Assembly: GCA_913045115.1 (NCBI GenBank)
Contig: CAJWPJ010000002.1
Location: 669-64,668 of the forward strand
DNA length: 64,000 bases
Source of the DNA: an uncultured Gammaproteobacteria bacterium
Lineage (GTDB): Bacteria; Pseudomonadota; Gammaproteobacteria; GCA-002705445; GCA-002716945
Reading direction: 5' to 3'
The position numbers and the translations under genes are program-made. Numbering within the stretch: position 1 is the stretch's first letter; every line of letters starts with the position of its first letter. Below the pieces are notes generated by a model, which was not told where the DNA came from, made no database searches, and worked only from the letters and a program-made list of their open reading frames with translations. Shown in pieces: positions 34,429-45,713 of the stretch.

Positions 34429-34935
34429 ATGTCAATGGCTAAAGTAACATTGAAAGGAAATGAAGTTAACACCAATTCGGAAATAGTTAAAGCTGGTGAA
34501 TCTGCCCCAAATTTTGTTTTAGTAGATTCTGATCTTAACGATGTTAACCTCGATAGCTATCAAGGAAAAAACAAAATTTTAAGTATCGTGCCAAGTCTTG
34601 ACACGCCAGTGTGTCAAAAATCAACACTGATATTTAACGAGAAAGTATCTAAACTTGATAATACTGTCATGTTAATAGTCTCCAGCGATTTGCCATTCGC
34701 AATGAAGCGCTTTTGTACTTCAGAGTCACTAGATAATGTTATTCCAGTATCGATGATGCGATCACGTAATTTTGCAAAAGATTATGGAGTGTTATTAATA
34801 GATGGTCCTTTATCAGGTATAACATCAAGAGCAGTTGTTACCATATCACCAGACAATAAGATACTTCATTCTGAACTTGTCTCAGAAATAGCTAACGAAC
34901 CAGACTACCAAGCTGCTTTAGACTCGCTGAAATAA
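34429..34935 (+). CDS. tpx: Thiol peroxidase (atypical 2-Cys peroxiredoxin)
   Basis: 168 aa that aligns along the whole of E. coli Tpx (SIVPSLDTPVCQKST...SSDLPFAMKRFC...EPDYQAALDSLK). Confidence 0.9.
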   Translation: MSMAKVTLKGNEVNTNSEIVKAGESAPNFVLVDSDLNDVNLDSYQGKNKILSIVPSLDTPVCQKSTLIFNEKVSKLDNTVMLIVSSDLPFAMKRFCTSESLDNVIPVSMMRSRNFAKDYGVLLIDGPLSGITSRAVVTISPDNKILHSELVSEIANEPDYQAALDSLK

Positions 34936-34937
34936 TA

Positions 34938-36158
34938 ATGTCATTCACAAAAAAAATCATTGTTTCAATGATTTTAGGAATTATTATTGGAATTGCTTTT
35001 AATCTTACAGATTTAATTGAATCAGCTCTAGGCGACTACATAACTAGCGCCTTAGATTTGATCTCTTATATTTTTCTATCATCATTAAAACTAATTATAG
35101 TACCACTAATATTTTTCTCGATTGTATGTGGCATTATCTCATTATCAGATGACGTATCCATATCAAGACTTGGTATAAAAACATTATTGTCTTATACCGT
35201 TACTACTGTGATTGCAATATCTCTTGGTCTATTTTTTTCATCTTTTATAAGTTATGAGCCAATCCAAGTGCAAGACTTAGACAATACTATAGACATTGGT
35301 AATATTGAAAGTGATGTGAGTATATTTCCCAATAATATTTTTAAATCTTTAACAGAGGGAAATATTATCCATCTATTGATCTTTGCGGTTTTGATTGGCA
35401 TTTCAGCTTCAAGAATTAAAGGTAAAATTAAAACATTTATTCAATACTTTTATGATTTTAATGATGTTATAAACGAACTCGTGAAGATAATAATATCATT
35501 CACGCCATTGGCAGTATTTTGTATACTTGCCAAAACTTTCTCGACACAAGGCATAGAGACAATAATCCCCCTAGCAAGTTATTTTTTTACGGTTGTTTTT
35601 GTACTTTTATTTCATTTCTTTTTTACTTTTTCTATTTTATTAAAGCTTTTTACTACTTTAAATCCGATCAAATTTTTCCAAAACTTAAAAGATGTAATTA
35701 TTTTTACTTTTAGTACTTCCAGCAGCAGTGCATCAATACCATTCACGCTGAGAGCTGCTAATGATAAATATGGAATTGATAAGTCAATAAGTACCTTTAC
35801 TGTCCCTCTCGGCGCGACAATTAATATGGATGGTACAGCTATCATGCAAGGGTGTGCCACATTCTTCCTAGCAAGTCTTTATGGGATTGATCTTGGGGTT
35901 AGTGAGATAATTACAATTGTTATTACTGCAACGATAGCATCAATTGGAACAGCCGGTATTCCAAGCGCAGGAATTATCATGTTAACAGTTATATTTACTC
36001 AGATTGGAATACCTTTAGAGGGTATTACTCTTTTACTTGGTGTAGATAGACTTCTTGATATGATGAGAACATCTGTAAATGTAAGTGGTGATCTTTGTAT
36101 TAGCTGCGTTGTTGCATCCAGTGAAAATAAAATAAATCAAAAAGTTTTTAATTCTTGA
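34938..36158 (+). CDS. Dicarboxylate/amino acid:cation symporter (DAACS family; SstT/GltP-like)
   Basis: 406 aa polytopic protein with the family signature TFTVPLGATINMDGTAIMQG and a reentrant-loop architecture. Substrate cannot be assigned. Confidence 0.8.
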   Translation: MSFTKKIIVSMILGIIIGIAFNLTDLIESALGDYITSALDLISYIFLSSLKLIIVPLIFFSIVCGIISLSDDVSISRLGIKTLLSYTVTTVIAISLGLFFSSFISYEPIQVQDLDNTIDIGNIESDVSIFPNNIFKSLTEGNIIHLLIFAVLIGISASRIKGKIKTFIQYFYDFNDVINELVKIIISFTPLAVFCILAKTFSTQGIETIIPLASYFFTVVFVLLFHFFFTFSILLKLFTTLNPIKFFQNLKDVIIFTFSTSSSSASIPFTLRAANDKYGIDKSISTFTVPLGATINMDGTAIMQGCATFFLASLYGIDLGVSEIITIVITATIASIGTAGIPSAGIIMLTVIFTQIGIPLEGITLLLGVDRLLDMMRTSVNVSGDLCISCVVASSENKINQKVFNS

Positions 36159-36161
36159 TCT

Positions 36162-39100
36162 TTATAAGATTGAATTATGCCTTTGTTTTAAATCTTGTGC
36201 ATCAAAATCGTCAATGAATTTTATGGCTTTACAAAAAGCCTTTGCTCCTGAAACAGTCGTGGTTAGGGATATTTTATGATTTTGAGCTTCTTTTCTAATA
36301 GAAAAAGAATCTTTGATTGATCTAGCGCCTTCAGTAGTGTTAATTATTAAATGAACTTCATTATTTTTTATCATATCTACAATGTGTGGATGACCATCTT
36401 TAACTTTATTTATTTTTACACAATTGACGCCAGCGCCAACCAAGTAATTAAATGTACCAGAGGTTGCATAAACATGAAAACCCATATCTATTAATTCCGA
36501 TGCGACTTCGCAAATTGGTTCTTTATCATGGTCTCTTACACTTATGAAAACATTTCCTTCTTTAGGTAAAATCACGCCAGCTGCTCTTTGCGCCTTGAAG
36601 TATGCTTCTCCAAAAGTTTTACCAAATCCCATTACCTCGCCGGTTGATTTCATTTCTGGTCCCAGTAAAACGTCCACTTCAGGGAATTTAGAAAATGGAA
36701 AGACTGCCTCTTTTACAGAGAAGTAAGCATTGCTGTGAGACTGATCAGGCAAATTTAAATCTTTAATTTTTACACCAGACATCACTAGAGCTCCAAGTTT
36801 AGCTAACTGTATCCCAACAGCTTTTGATACAAATGGAGCAGTTCTCGATGCTCTTGGATTAGCTTCTAGAAGGAATATTTCATTATCTTTAATCGCAAAC
36901 TGTGCATTCATTAATCCGATTACTTTCAAAGCGATAGCAAGTCTAGCGGCTTGCGCTTTTAGATCCTCTACTATGTCATCGCTAAGAGTATATGGTGGGA
37001 GCGAACACCCTGAGTCGCCCGAATGAATTCCAGCCTCTTCAATGTGCTCCATAATTCCAGCTATATAAACCTCTTCACCATCACAGAGTAAATCAATATC
37101 TACTTCAATTGCATCATTCAAAAACTTATCAAGGAGAATTGGTGAATCATCAGACACGTCCACAGCCTCTTTCATATATTTTTCAAGGTCTGATGTATTA
37201 GTGACAATTTCCATTGCTCTTCCACCTAAAACATATGAGGGTCTTACTACAATAGGGTATCCAATTCCCTCTGCAGCTTCTTTTGCCTCTTGAACTGTAG
37301 TTACTGTTTTGTTTGAAGGTTGCTTGAGAGATAGTGACTCTATCAAAACTTTAAATCTTTCTCTGTCTTCTGCTAGATCAATAGAGTCTGGAGATGTTCC
37401 GATAATATTTACACCACATCTTTCTAGCTCACTCGCAAGTTTCAAAGGTGTTTGTCCCCCATATTGAACTATGACACCCCATGGTTTTTCAATATCAATA
37501 ATAGATAATACGTCTTCAACTGTAAGTGGCTCAAAATATAGTCGATCTGAAGTATCGTAATCTGTTGAGACAGTCTCTGGGTTACAGTTGATCATAATTG
37601 TCTCATATCCAGCTTCTCTAAGTGCCATCGATGCATGGACACAGCAGTAATCAAATTCAATACCTTGTCCTATTCTGTTCGGTCCACCGCCAAGAATAAC
37701 TATTTTTTTATTTTTTGTAGGATAGGACTCACAGAAATCTGAATATGTAGAGTACATATAAGCAGTTGAAGATTCGAATTCTGCAGCACATGTATCTATT
37801 CTCTTAAAAACAGGCCTGATAGATTCCCTGCTCCTCAAGTCTCTAACTTTACTCTCTGAAGTATCCAAAATATTTGCTATTCTTTTATCAGAAAAGCCGT
37901 CGGATTTAAGATCTCTAAGATGATCAGATATTGACTCTAAAGATTTAGCTTTAAGTTTCAATTCAGAATCAACAATCTCTTTGATCTGCGATAAAAACCA
38001 CCTATCAATAAAACATAGATTGAAGACCTCATCAATAGACATATTGACTCTGAATGCTTGAGCTATGTAAAGAATTCTATTTGAGGACGGAGTCGATATC
38101 TCTTTAAATATTAAATCACGTATCTCCTTTGGTGACAATGCATCCTCAAATTCTATCTCTGAAAGACCATCAATTCCTATCTCAAGTCCTCGTAAAGCCT
38201 TCTGAAGAGATTCTTTAAAACTACCTCCAATTGCCATAACCTCCCCAACAGATTTCATTTGAGTTGTTAAGTGTGGATCTGCTTCTTTAAATTTCTCGAA
38301 TGCGAATCTTGGTATTTTTGTTACAACATAGTCAATACTTGGCTCAAATGATGATGGAATAATGCCTCCTGTTATATCATTCCTCAACTCATCGAGCGTG
38401 TATCCTATAGCTAGTTTGGCCGCCACTTTAGCGATTGGAAACCCAGTCGCTTTTGATGCAAGAGCAGAAGATCTAGATACTCTTGGGTTCATCTCGATTA
38501 CATAAATTTTTCCATCTTGAGGATTAACAGCAAATTGAACATTTGAGCCTCCAGTGTCTACACCAATTTTTCTAAGTACTTGTATCGATTGATTCCTTAA
38601 ATTTTGATACTCCTTATCGGTTAGAGTTTGAGCAGGAGCTACTGTAATGGAATCTCCAGTGTGGACACCCATAGCATCAAAGTTTTCTATTGAGCAAACA
38701 ATGATACAGTTATCGTTTTTATCTCTAACAACTTCCATTTCGAATTCTTTCCAGCCAATTACTGATTCTTCTAATAACACTTCATTTGTAGGAGATAGGT
38801 CTAACCCTCTTTTTACTATTTTTTCAAAGTCCTGTTTGTTGTAAGCTATTCCACCACCAGAACCGCCTAACGTGAATGAAGGTCTTATAATTATTGGGTA
38901 ACCAATATCTTTCTGTATGACCAGAGCTTTATCAAAATCTTTTGCAACTTGAGCTCTTGGTGTTAAAAGACCAATGTCTTCCATTGCTTTTTTAAACAGT
39001 TCTCTATCCTCAGCCATATCAATTGAATTGACACTAGCTCCAATAATGTTCACATCATATTTTTGAAGAATCTTGTGTCTATTTAGATCAAGGGTAGTAT

Positions 39101-39389
39101 TCAATGCGGTTTGACCTCCCATTGTCGGAAGGATGGCATCAGGTTTTTCTATAGCTATGATCTTTTCAATGTTTCTCCAATGTATAGGCTCGATGTAAAT
39201 TTTATCAGCCATTTCAGGATCGGTCATAATAGTCGCAGGATTCGAGTTCACTAAAATTGTTTTAATGCCCTCTTCCTTTAATGCCTTACATGCTTGAACG
39301 CCGGAATAATCAAATTCGCAAGCCTGACCAATAATGATTGGTCCAGCACCTATAACAAGAACGCTGCTGATATCATTATTCTTAGGCAT
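36162..39389 (-). CDS. carB: Carbamoyl-phosphate synthase large subunit
   Basis: 1075 aa with duplicated ATP-grasp halves and a C-terminal MGS-like domain. Confidence 0.95.
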   Translation of the reverse strand: MPKNNDISSVLVIGAGPIIIGQACEFDYSGVQACKALKEEGIKTILVNSNPATIMTDPEMADKIYIEPIHWRNIEKIIAIEKPDAILPTMGGQTALNTTLDLNRHKILQKYDVNIIGASVNSIDMAEDRELFKKAMEDIGLLTPRAQVAKDFDKALVIQKDIGYPIIIRPSFTLGGSGGGIAYNKQDFEKIVKRGLDLSPTNEVLLEESVIGWKEFEMEVVRDKNDNCIIVCSIENFDAMGVHTGDSITVAPAQTLTDKEYQNLRNQSIQVLRKIGVDTGGSNVQFAVNPQDGKIYVIEMNPRVSRSSALASKATGFPIAKVAAKLAIGYTLDELRNDITGGIIPSSFEPSIDYVVTKIPRFAFEKFKEADPHLTTQMKSVGEVMAIGGSFKESLQKALRGLEIGIDGLSEIEFEDALSPKEIRDLIFKEISTPSSNRILYIAQAFRVNMSIDEVFNLCFIDRWFLSQIKEIVDSELKLKAKSLESISDHLRDLKSDGFSDKRIANILDTSESKVRDLRSRESIRPVFKRIDTCAAEFESSTAYMYSTYSDFCESYPTKNKKIVILGGGPNRIGQGIEFDYCCVHASMALREAGYETIMINCNPETVSTDYDTSDRLYFEPLTVEDVLSIIDIEKPWGVIVQYGGQTPLKLASELERCGVNIIGTSPDSIDLAEDRERFKVLIESLSLKQPSNKTVTTVQEAKEAAEGIGYPIVVRPSYVLGGRAMEIVTNTSDLEKYMKEAVDVSDDSPILLDKFLNDAIEVDIDLLCDGEEVYIAGIMEHIEEAGIHSGDSGCSLPPYTLSDDIVEDLKAQAARLAIALKVIGLMNAQFAIKDNEIFLLEANPRASRTAPFVSKAVGIQLAKLGALVMSGVKIKDLNLPDQSHSNAYFSVKEAVFPFSKFPEVDVLLGPEMKSTGEVMGFGKTFGEAYFKAQRAAGVILPKEGNVFISVRDHDKEPICEVASELIDMGFHVYATSGTFNYLVGAGVNCVKINKVKDGHPHIVDMIKNNEVHLIINTTEGARSIKDSFSIRKEAQNHKISLTTTVSGAKAFCKAIKFIDDFDAQDLKQRHNSIL

Positions 39390-40506
39390 TGTTATCCGTC
39401 ATAAAATTAATAAATTTTTCAAAAAGATAATATATATCTTGTGGCCCAGGACTTGCTTCAGGATGGCCTTGAAAGCCATAAGCCGGCGAATCAATAAGCT
39501 CAACCCCCTGCAAAGAGTCATCGAATAATGACTTATGTGTTATTTTATGATTACTGTTGAGAGATGATGAGTCAACAGCAAAACCATGATTTTGACTAGT
39601 TATAGACACCTTTTGTGTTTCAACATCAATCACAGGGTGATTAGCGCCATGATGACCAAATTTCATCTTGTAAGTTTTAGCTTCGCTTGCGAGGCACATC
39701 AACTGAAACCCAAGACAGATCCCGAATGTTGGTATTTTATTTGAGATCAACTCTCTTATGTTGTCTATTGCATACTTACATGCCGAAGGATCTCCTGGTC
39801 CATTCGATAAGAATACACCATCTGGCTTTTCTGCTTTAAGTTTATCAAAAGTATAATTCGCTGGAACAACTGTTATGTCACACCCAAGGTCATACAATAT
39901 CCTGAGAATATTTTTTTTAATTCCAAAATCATAGGCATAAACTTTGAACCTTTTGCCGCTTTTGTGTAAAGATTTACTAATTAATTTATGAGTCCCCTCA
40001 TTCCAGATATATGGTTCGTCTATTGTAACTTTTTTTGCAAGATCTAGCCCGCTAAGACCAGAAAATTTTGATAGCTCTATTTTAGCATCATCTAATTTTT
40101 TAACATCTGGCACAAGGCATCCATTTAGTGAACCTTTTTTTCTAAGTAGTGATGTTAGAAATCTAGTGTCGACTGAACATAAAGCTGGAATTGATCTGTC
40201 TAACAGAAACTCTATTAGGCTCTGCTGCTTTCTCCAACTACTATCTTGTGTAGGATAATTCCTCATGATAACACCTGAACATCCATTATCATTAGATTCA
40301 TAATCATCATAATTTATCCCCGTATTACCAACATGAGGGTTTGTGAAAGTTATAATTTGCCTATCATATGAAGGATCGGTAATGATTTCTTGATAGCCCG
40401 TCATAGATGTATTAAAGACTATCTCTCCAACGCTCATTTGGTCACTGCCAATCGATTCAGCTGGTATTATTGTTCCGTCATCGATTAGTATAGCTGCCGA
40501 TTTCAA
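39382..40506 (-). CDS. carA: Carbamoyl-phosphate synthase small subunit
   Basis: 374 aa with a TTG start, a CPSase small N-domain and a GATase domain (GICLGFQ catalytic Cys). Confidence 0.95.
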   Translation of the reverse strand: MKSAAILIDDGTIIPAESIGSDQMSVGEIVFNTSMTGYQEIITDPSYDRQIITFTNPHVGNTGINYDDYESNDNGCSGVIMRNYPTQDSSWRKQQSLIEFLLDRSIPALCSVDTRFLTSLLRKKGSLNGCLVPDVKKLDDAKIELSKFSGLSGLDLAKKVTIDEPYIWNEGTHKLISKSLHKSGKRFKVYAYDFGIKKNILRILYDLGCDITVVPANYTFDKLKAEKPDGVFLSNGPGDPSACKYAIDNIRELISNKIPTFGICLGFQLMCLASEAKTYKMKFGHHGANHPVIDVETQKVSITSQNHGFAVDSSSLNSNHKITHKSLFDDSLQGVELIDSPAYGFQGHPEASPGPQDIYYLFEKFINFMTDNNA

Positions 40507-40527
40507 TTAAGAGTCCTTGTATTTAAA

Positions 40528-40564
40528 TAAAAAAAAAGATGCCTCGATACGAGTCATCTTTTAT
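40528..40564 (-). terminator. Rho-independent terminator downstream of rsmI (hairpin AAAGATGCCTCG-ATA-CGAGTCATCTTT flanked by A9/T-rich runs)
   Basis: In the 100-bp rsmI-carA gap. 12-bp stem with one mismatch and a 3-nt loop. The minus-strand transcript has the hairpin followed by a run of 9 U. An A-tract on the other side makes it potentially bidirectional. Confidence 0.5.
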
Positions 40565-40606
40565 TATTTTTAGTAGGTTTCACTAAAACTAAATGATACG
40601 ACAAAA

Positions 40607-41434
40607 CTACTCGTCTTGTCTAATAGATAATACAGTTTTATATATTTCTTTTTTTGAATCTGAAGAAATTGGTTTTATGAGGTCAACAATATCTTTATTG
40701 GACAAGTTTTTTAAAATCAAACCCTTTATAATTGAAATATATGGTTTTTCTTTTTCTATATGTTGATTTGTCGCAACAATTACAACAAACTCGCCTTTTG
40801 GTGGCTTAGATTTCAAATGTGATATATGCTCTGAAACACTCTTATGGGTTATCGTCTCATAAATTTTTGTCATCTCACGGAATAGACCAACCATTGTATT
40901 TTCTCCAAAGATTGAGCTGATATCCTCCAGCAAATTTAACAATCTATGTTTACTCTCAAATAGACACAGAGGAAATTCAGCTGCAGATGCCTGAAGTAAC
41001 TTATTTTTTCTGTCATTTTCTTTTTTAGGTAAGAACCCCAAAAAGGTGAATCCATTTACTGGAATTCTGGATACAGATAACGCACAAGTTAATGATGATG
41101 CGCCAGGAATTGGTATTACCTTGACTTCCTCATCAAGATTAGACAGTAAGTAGAAGCCAGGATCAGATATAGATGGCGTACCTGCATCACTTATCAGAGC
41201 AACATTTTTTGAGTCTTTGAGATAATCAATAGCATTCTCTATTTTTCTTTTTTCGTTATCTTTATTAAATGAGATAACTTGTGTGTCAATTCTGTAATGA
41301 GATAGTAACTTATAGGCCCTTTCAGTGCTCTCAGCGAGAATTATATCGACACTACTCAGAATTTTTACTGCTCTATAGGTTAAATCATCTAAGTTGCCAA
41401 TGGGCGTAGATACTAAGTATAAATTACCATACAT
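40607..41434 (-). CDS. rsmI: 16S rRNA (cytidine1402-2'-O)-methyltransferase RsmI
   Basis: 275 aa with the tetrapyrrole-methylase fold; N-terminus YLVSTPIGNLDDLTYRAVKIL is typical of RsmI. Confidence 0.85.
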   Translation of the reverse strand: MYGNLYLVSTPIGNLDDLTYRAVKILSSVDIILAESTERAYKLLSHYRIDTQVISFNKDNEKRKIENAIDYLKDSKNVALISDAGTPSISDPGFYLLSNLDEEVKVIPIPGASSLTCALSVSRIPVNGFTFLGFLPKKENDRKNKLLQASAAEFPLCLFESKHRLLNLLEDISSIFGENTMVGLFREMTKIYETITHKSVSEHISHLKSKPPKGEFVVIVATNQHIEKEKPYISIIKGLILKNLSNKDIVDLIKPISSDSKKEIYKTVLSIRQDE

Positions 41435-41498
41435 GTAACTAACTTTAGCATATCTCTATCTCTTTTAGATGACTGGAAAATGATGTTAACAGATAAAA

Positions 41499-42116
41499 TC
41501 AGAAAAGTTCTTTTTCTGTTTCAGTTAAACTATCTTGAAACGCTTCTCTTTCAAAAATTCTCTCTGAATAATCAGCTATTATTTTATTGTTTTCAGCTAA
41601 ATCAAAATCTAGAGACTTAAGTCTCCAAAGTAAGGGCGCAATGCTACAGTCAACTAATCCAAAATCGTCACTCATAAAGAATTTCTTCTTTATTAAAGGC
41701 GCAATCTCGAGAAAATAATTTTTAATTTCTAGAACAAACTTATCATCAAGAACCTCATCATTATATGCATCTGCATATTTTGAATACCAATTGTGTTCTA
41801 TTTCGTTTAATGCCAGTCTAAATTTAGCTCTTGATATCGGGTCTACAGGGAGCAGAGGCGGATGCGGGAAACGTTCATCTAAATATTCAATAATCACCCT
41901 TGAATTTTGTAATACTAGTTCCCTATCAACTAGTGAGGGATATTCATCATACGGACTCAAAATTTTTATTTCCTCGGGTATAGCATTTAAGTCAACCTCA
42001 TGTATTTCTGCTGATATTTCTTTTTCTTTAATTACTATACGAGTACGATGACTTTCTAAACAATTGGGAAGAGAGAAAAGTAGTATCGCTGATCTGCGAT
42101 TAGCTAGTAATGTCAT
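41499..42116 (-). CDS. sspA: Stringent starvation protein A (GST-like)
   Basis: 205 aa GST-fold protein immediately downstream of petABC, the conserved petABC-sspA arrangement of gamma/betaproteobacteria. No sspB follows. Confidence 0.8.
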   Translation of the reverse strand: MTLLANRRSAILLFSLPNCLESHRTRIVIKEKEISAEIHEVDLNAIPEEIKILSPYDEYPSLVDRELVLQNSRVIIEYLDERFPHPPLLPVDPISRAKFRLALNEIEHNWYSKYADAYNDEVLDDKFVLEIKNYFLEIAPLIKKKFFMSDDFGLVDCSIAPLLWRLKSLDFDLAENNKIIADYSERIFEREAFQDSLTETEKELF

Positions 42117-42838
42117 TATTTAATGTCTCGCCAATATTCAATCTTAAGAAGATAAGTAATAAAAGCAAAAAATACAAGGAATATCATTACCCAAAAACCT
42201 ATTGTGTATCTTTCAAGTTGCGCGGGCTCTGAGACATATGTTAAAAAGTTGACTAGATCTGTAATTTCTTGTTCATATTCTTTTTGTGACAACTGACCAT
42301 CAACCTTCAAAAACAATTGATTATTTTCATTATAGGCTTTTAGGCCTTCTTTGTACCATAAGACGTGAGGCATGTTTACGTTAGGATATAAAATATTATT
42401 AACACCCATGGGTCTAGAATCATCCTCATAAAATGAAGTAAGGAAAGTATATATCCACTCAGGGCCTCTGGATCTTGCTGTTAGAGTAAGATCAGGTGGG
42501 ACCACGCCAAATGCTTCTTTGATGGAGTCATGATTTATTGAATTTGTGATTGTTGAGCCTAATTTTGTTGGTTCCCCACTCTTCTGTGTTGTAAGGATAA
42601 GATTTGATCTCACCATTTCCTCTGATATGTTCAAATCGTTCACAAGCTTACTGTAACGATGGTATTGCAAAGTATGACAGCCCGAGCAATTATTGAAAAA
42701 AATTTGTGCGCCTCTCTGCAACGATGCTTTGTTACCTAGATCAATAAAAACGGGTTTGAGTTCAACTGAACTCGAAGCACCAAAGACTGGAGATGGTAAA
42801 ATAAAGCATAACAAGAAAAATACGTAAGCTTTATTCAT
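42116..42838 (-). CDS. petC: Ubiquinol-cytochrome c reductase cytochrome c1
   Basis: 240 aa with a signal peptide, haem motif CSGCHTL and a C-terminal transmembrane anchor. Confidence 0.85.
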   Translation of the reverse strand: MNKAYVFFLLCFILPSPVFGASSSVELKPVFIDLGNKASLQRGAQIFFNNCSGCHTLQYHRYSKLVNDLNISEEMVRSNLILTTQKSGEPTKLGSTITNSINHDSIKEAFGVVPPDLTLTARSRGPEWIYTFLTSFYEDDSRPMGVNNILYPNVNMPHVLWYKEGLKAYNENNQLFLKVDGQLSQKEYEQEITDLVNFLTYVSEPAQLERYTIGFWVMIFLVFFAFITYLLKIEYWRDIK

Positions 42839-44048
42839 GCATTGTCACTCGCTCAGGCACCGGCTTTGTTTTTTCATTCTTGCTGGTAAAATACAGGACA
42901 ACAAAAAATGCGAAGTAAATTAAGGTAAATGTTCGGCCTAGAGCAGTCAAAATCGGTGTAGGTGCTTGCATACCGATGTATCCAAGACCAATGAAACTTA
43001 TAACAAATGATGCTAAGAGTATTTTATAGGTTGAAGATCTATATCTGATAGACTTTACTTTGCATCTGTCAATCCAAGGCATTAAGAATAGTACGAAAAT
43101 AGCAAGTCCCATTGCTATGACACCACCTAGCTTGTCTGGTATCGCACGAAGGATTGCGTAAAATGGCGTAAAATACCATACAGGGACAATGTGCTCAGGT
43201 GTTTTAAGTGGATCAGCTGGAACGAAATTATCTTTTTCTAGAAAATAGCCTCCAAATTCAGGCATGAAAAACACTACAAACATAAAAATCGTAAGGAAAA
43301 CAGCAAGGCCAAATATATCTTTGACAGTGTAGTATGGATGGAACGGTATACCATCAACTGGAGTGCCATCGGGGTTCTTGTTTGCTTTTATTTCAACACC
43401 ATCTGGATTGTTAGATCCTACAGTATGTAAAGCAGCTATATGTAAGTAGATAACAGCAAATAGCAATAATGGAAGTGCAATTACATGGAAAGCGAAAAAT
43501 CTATTCAATGTTGCATCTGATATTACGTAGTCTCCTCTTATCCACAATGCTAAAGACTCTCCTATAAAAGGAATTGCACCAAACAGTGATATGATAACTT
43601 GCGCTCCCCAATAAGACATTTGACCCCATGGTAACAAATAGCCCATGAATGCTTCTGCCATCAATAATACAAATATAAACATTCCAAATAGCCATAAAAG
43701 CTCTCTTGGTTTTTTGTATGAACCATACATCAATGCTCTTAGCATATGTAAATAAATTATTATAAAAAAGAATGATGCTCCTGTGGAATGCATATATCTT
43801 ATAAGCCATCCCCACTCTACATCTCTCATAATATATTCTACTGACGCGAAAGCAGATGCAGCGTCAGGTTTGTAATTTATAGTGAGGAAAATTCCTGTAA
43901 TTATTTGTAAGATGAATACAAACAAAGCGAGACTTCCAAAGAAATAGAAGAAGTTAAAATTTTTCGGTGCATAATATTCTGATAGGTGATTCCTGACAAA
44001 TTTACTGACTGGCAGTCTTTGGTCAATCCATGCAACAAATTTACTCAT
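42831..44048 (-). CDS. petB: Ubiquinol-cytochrome c reductase cytochrome b
   Basis: 405 aa cytochrome b N+C domains with conserved His ligands. Confidence 0.95.
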   Translation of the reverse strand: MSKFVAWIDQRLPVSKFVRNHLSEYYAPKNFNFFYFFGSLALFVFILQIITGIFLTINYKPDAASAFASVEYIMRDVEWGWLIRYMHSTGASFFFIIIYLHMLRALMYGSYKKPRELLWLFGMFIFVLLMAEAFMGYLLPWGQMSYWGAQVIISLFGAIPFIGESLALWIRGDYVISDATLNRFFAFHVIALPLLLFAVIYLHIAALHTVGSNNPDGVEIKANKNPDGTPVDGIPFHPYYTVKDIFGLAVFLTIFMFVVFFMPEFGGYFLEKDNFVPADPLKTPEHIVPVWYFTPFYAILRAIPDKLGGVIAMGLAIFVLFLMPWIDRCKVKSIRYRSSTYKILLASFVISFIGLGYIGMQAPTPILTALGRTFTLIYFAFFVVLYFTSKNEKTKPVPERVTMHE

Positions 44049-44632
44049 GATGCTCTATCCGCCCCTACAATGAGTTTTGTATCGCTTGCAAAATAATAAG
44101 GAGGCACTTCAAGGTTAGCCCCTGCTGGCATACCTTTGAAAACTCTGCCCGATAAATCAAATTTCGAACCATGGCATGGGCAAAAAAATCCTCCTTTCCA
44201 CTCCAGTCCTAACTCTTTATTCTCGCCTGGTTTATAAAGTGGCGAGCACCCAAGGTGAGTACATACACCTAGTAATACTAAAAATTCGGGCTTTACAGAC
44301 CTGTATTTATTTTGTGCATATTCAGGTTGCATTTCACTGCTAGATTCTGGATCAGCTAAATAATCAACCTTACCGTCTATGATATTCAGCATTTCAGGAG
44401 TCCTGTGAACAACCCATACAGGCTTACCTCTCCATTCGACTATCTTAAATGTCCCCGGCGTGATAGCGGATATATCAATCTCTATCGGTGCGCCAGCCAT
44501 CTTAGTTTTCTCACTTGGTGACATAGTTGATAAAAATGGTATTAGCGCAAAAACAGCCCCAATACCTCCAACTACCTTTGTAAGGTTTGTAAGAAAGTTT
44601 CTTCTTTTTGATGAATTATTATCGTTTGTCAT
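44045..44632 (-). CDS. petA: Ubiquinol-cytochrome c reductase Rieske iron-sulfur subunit
   Basis: 195 aa with Tat-like RRNFL and Rieske boxes CTHLGC and CPCHGS. Confidence 0.9.
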   Translation of the reverse strand: MTNDNNSSKRRNFLTNLTKVVGGIGAVFALIPFLSTMSPSEKTKMAGAPIEIDISAITPGTFKIVEWRGKPVWVVHRTPEMLNIIDGKVDYLADPESSSEMQPEYAQNKYRSVKPEFLVLLGVCTHLGCSPLYKPGENKELGLEWKGGFFCPCHGSKFDLSGRVFKGMPAGANLEVPPYYFASDTKLIVGADRAS

Positions 44633-44717
44633 CCCTGCTAACCGTATTTAAATTCTGTGCGTAATATATCATATAATCATTCTCTAATATATACTTTTAG
44701 AGATAGTTATTAAAATT

Positions 44718-45713
44718 ATGTTAAAAGAACTTTCAAAATATGTGGTTATTGGAATAGCTGCAGGAGTCATAGCTTATTTGTTCACAGCTAAAGAATCTAT
44801 TTCTATCAAAGTAAGTGAACAAAAAGAGAAAAAAATAATAACCATGAAGAATTCATATAATGACATATATAAGTCTGTAAAAGATTCTGTTGTAACCATA
44901 AACACAGACAGAGGCAGAGGCTCTGGAGTTATTGTTACAGATCAAGGGCACATTGTAACAAATGAACATGTTATAAGAGGTGCTAATAAAATTAGAATCA
45001 TAACATCTGAAAATGTATCTTACCCCGCAACTATAGTTGGAGTTGACTCGATAACAGATATCGCTTTGATAAAGAGTAATTATGTTGGTGAATCACTTAC
45101 TTTTTCAGACTCATCTAAAGTCAAGATAGGAGATATTGTTTTAGCAATAGGGAATCCGTTCGGTGTTGGCCAGACCCTAACGCAAGGGATTATATCAAGA
45201 ACAAATAGCGGTCACATCACTGAAAACCCTTTAGACGAATTTCTCCAGTCTGATGCAGCTATAAATCCTGGAAACTCAGGTGGTGCAATGGTAAATTTAT
45301 CTGGTAATTTAATTGGTATTAACACTATGAACTTATCTATAGGTGGCGGTAGTGATGGTATAGGTTTGGCGGTTCCCTCTAACTTAGTTAAAAAAATTAC
45401 CGAGCAAATCATAAAATATGGAAGAGTGGTAAGGGGTTATGTAGGATTGTCAGCACTTGATACATCAGATGGAGTCCTGATATCAAATGTCGTGAAAGAT
45501 GGTCCTGCTTACTCATCAGGATTAAAGACTAATGACGTAATTATAAGCATCGATAATACAAAGATTAATAATATCCAACAAGTAGTAAAAATTGTAGCGT
45601 CACTTGAAGTGGATCAACAGATCGACGTAACTATCAGAAGAAGCGGTAGTCTTGTTAATTCCGTCATAAAAGTTGCAGCTATGCCAGAAGCACACATCAC
45701 AATAAAAAGATAA
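44718..45713 (+). CDS. degS: DegS-like periplasmic serine endoprotease (HtrA family, one PDZ)
   Basis: 331 aa with an N-terminal transmembrane anchor and the catalytic triad contexts TNEHVI, DIALIK and GNSGGAM, followed by a single PDZ domain. It aligns along the length of E. coli DegS. Confidence 0.75.
   Translation: MLKELSKYVVIGIAAGVIAYLFTAKESISIKVSEQKEKKIITMKNSYNDIYKSVKDSVVTINTDRGRGSGVIVTDQGHIVTNEHVIRGANKIRIITSENVSYPATIVGVDSITDIALIKSNYVGESLTFSDSSKVKIGDIVLAIGNPFGVGQTLTQGIISRTNSGHITENPLDEFLQSDAAINPGNSGGAMVNLSGNLIGINTMNLSIGGGSDGIGLAVPSNLVKKITEQIIKYGRVVRGYVGLSALDTSDGVLISNVVKDGPAYSSGLKTNDVIISIDNTKINNIQQVVKIVASLEVDQQIDVTIRRSGSLVNSVIKVAAMPEAHITIKR

Noticed and set aside
34416-34475. 20-codon N-terminal extension of rlmE from a TTG start, which would overlap tpx by 47 nt
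   Set aside because: The internal ATG gives the conserved RlmE N-terminus (MTKKKSTKNWLKKH...). The extension is hydrophobic, unconserved and runs antisense into tpx.
41435-42116. Absence of sspB after sspA
   Set aside because: sspA is followed after 64 bp by rsmI. sspB loss is common outside enterics and not informative on its own.
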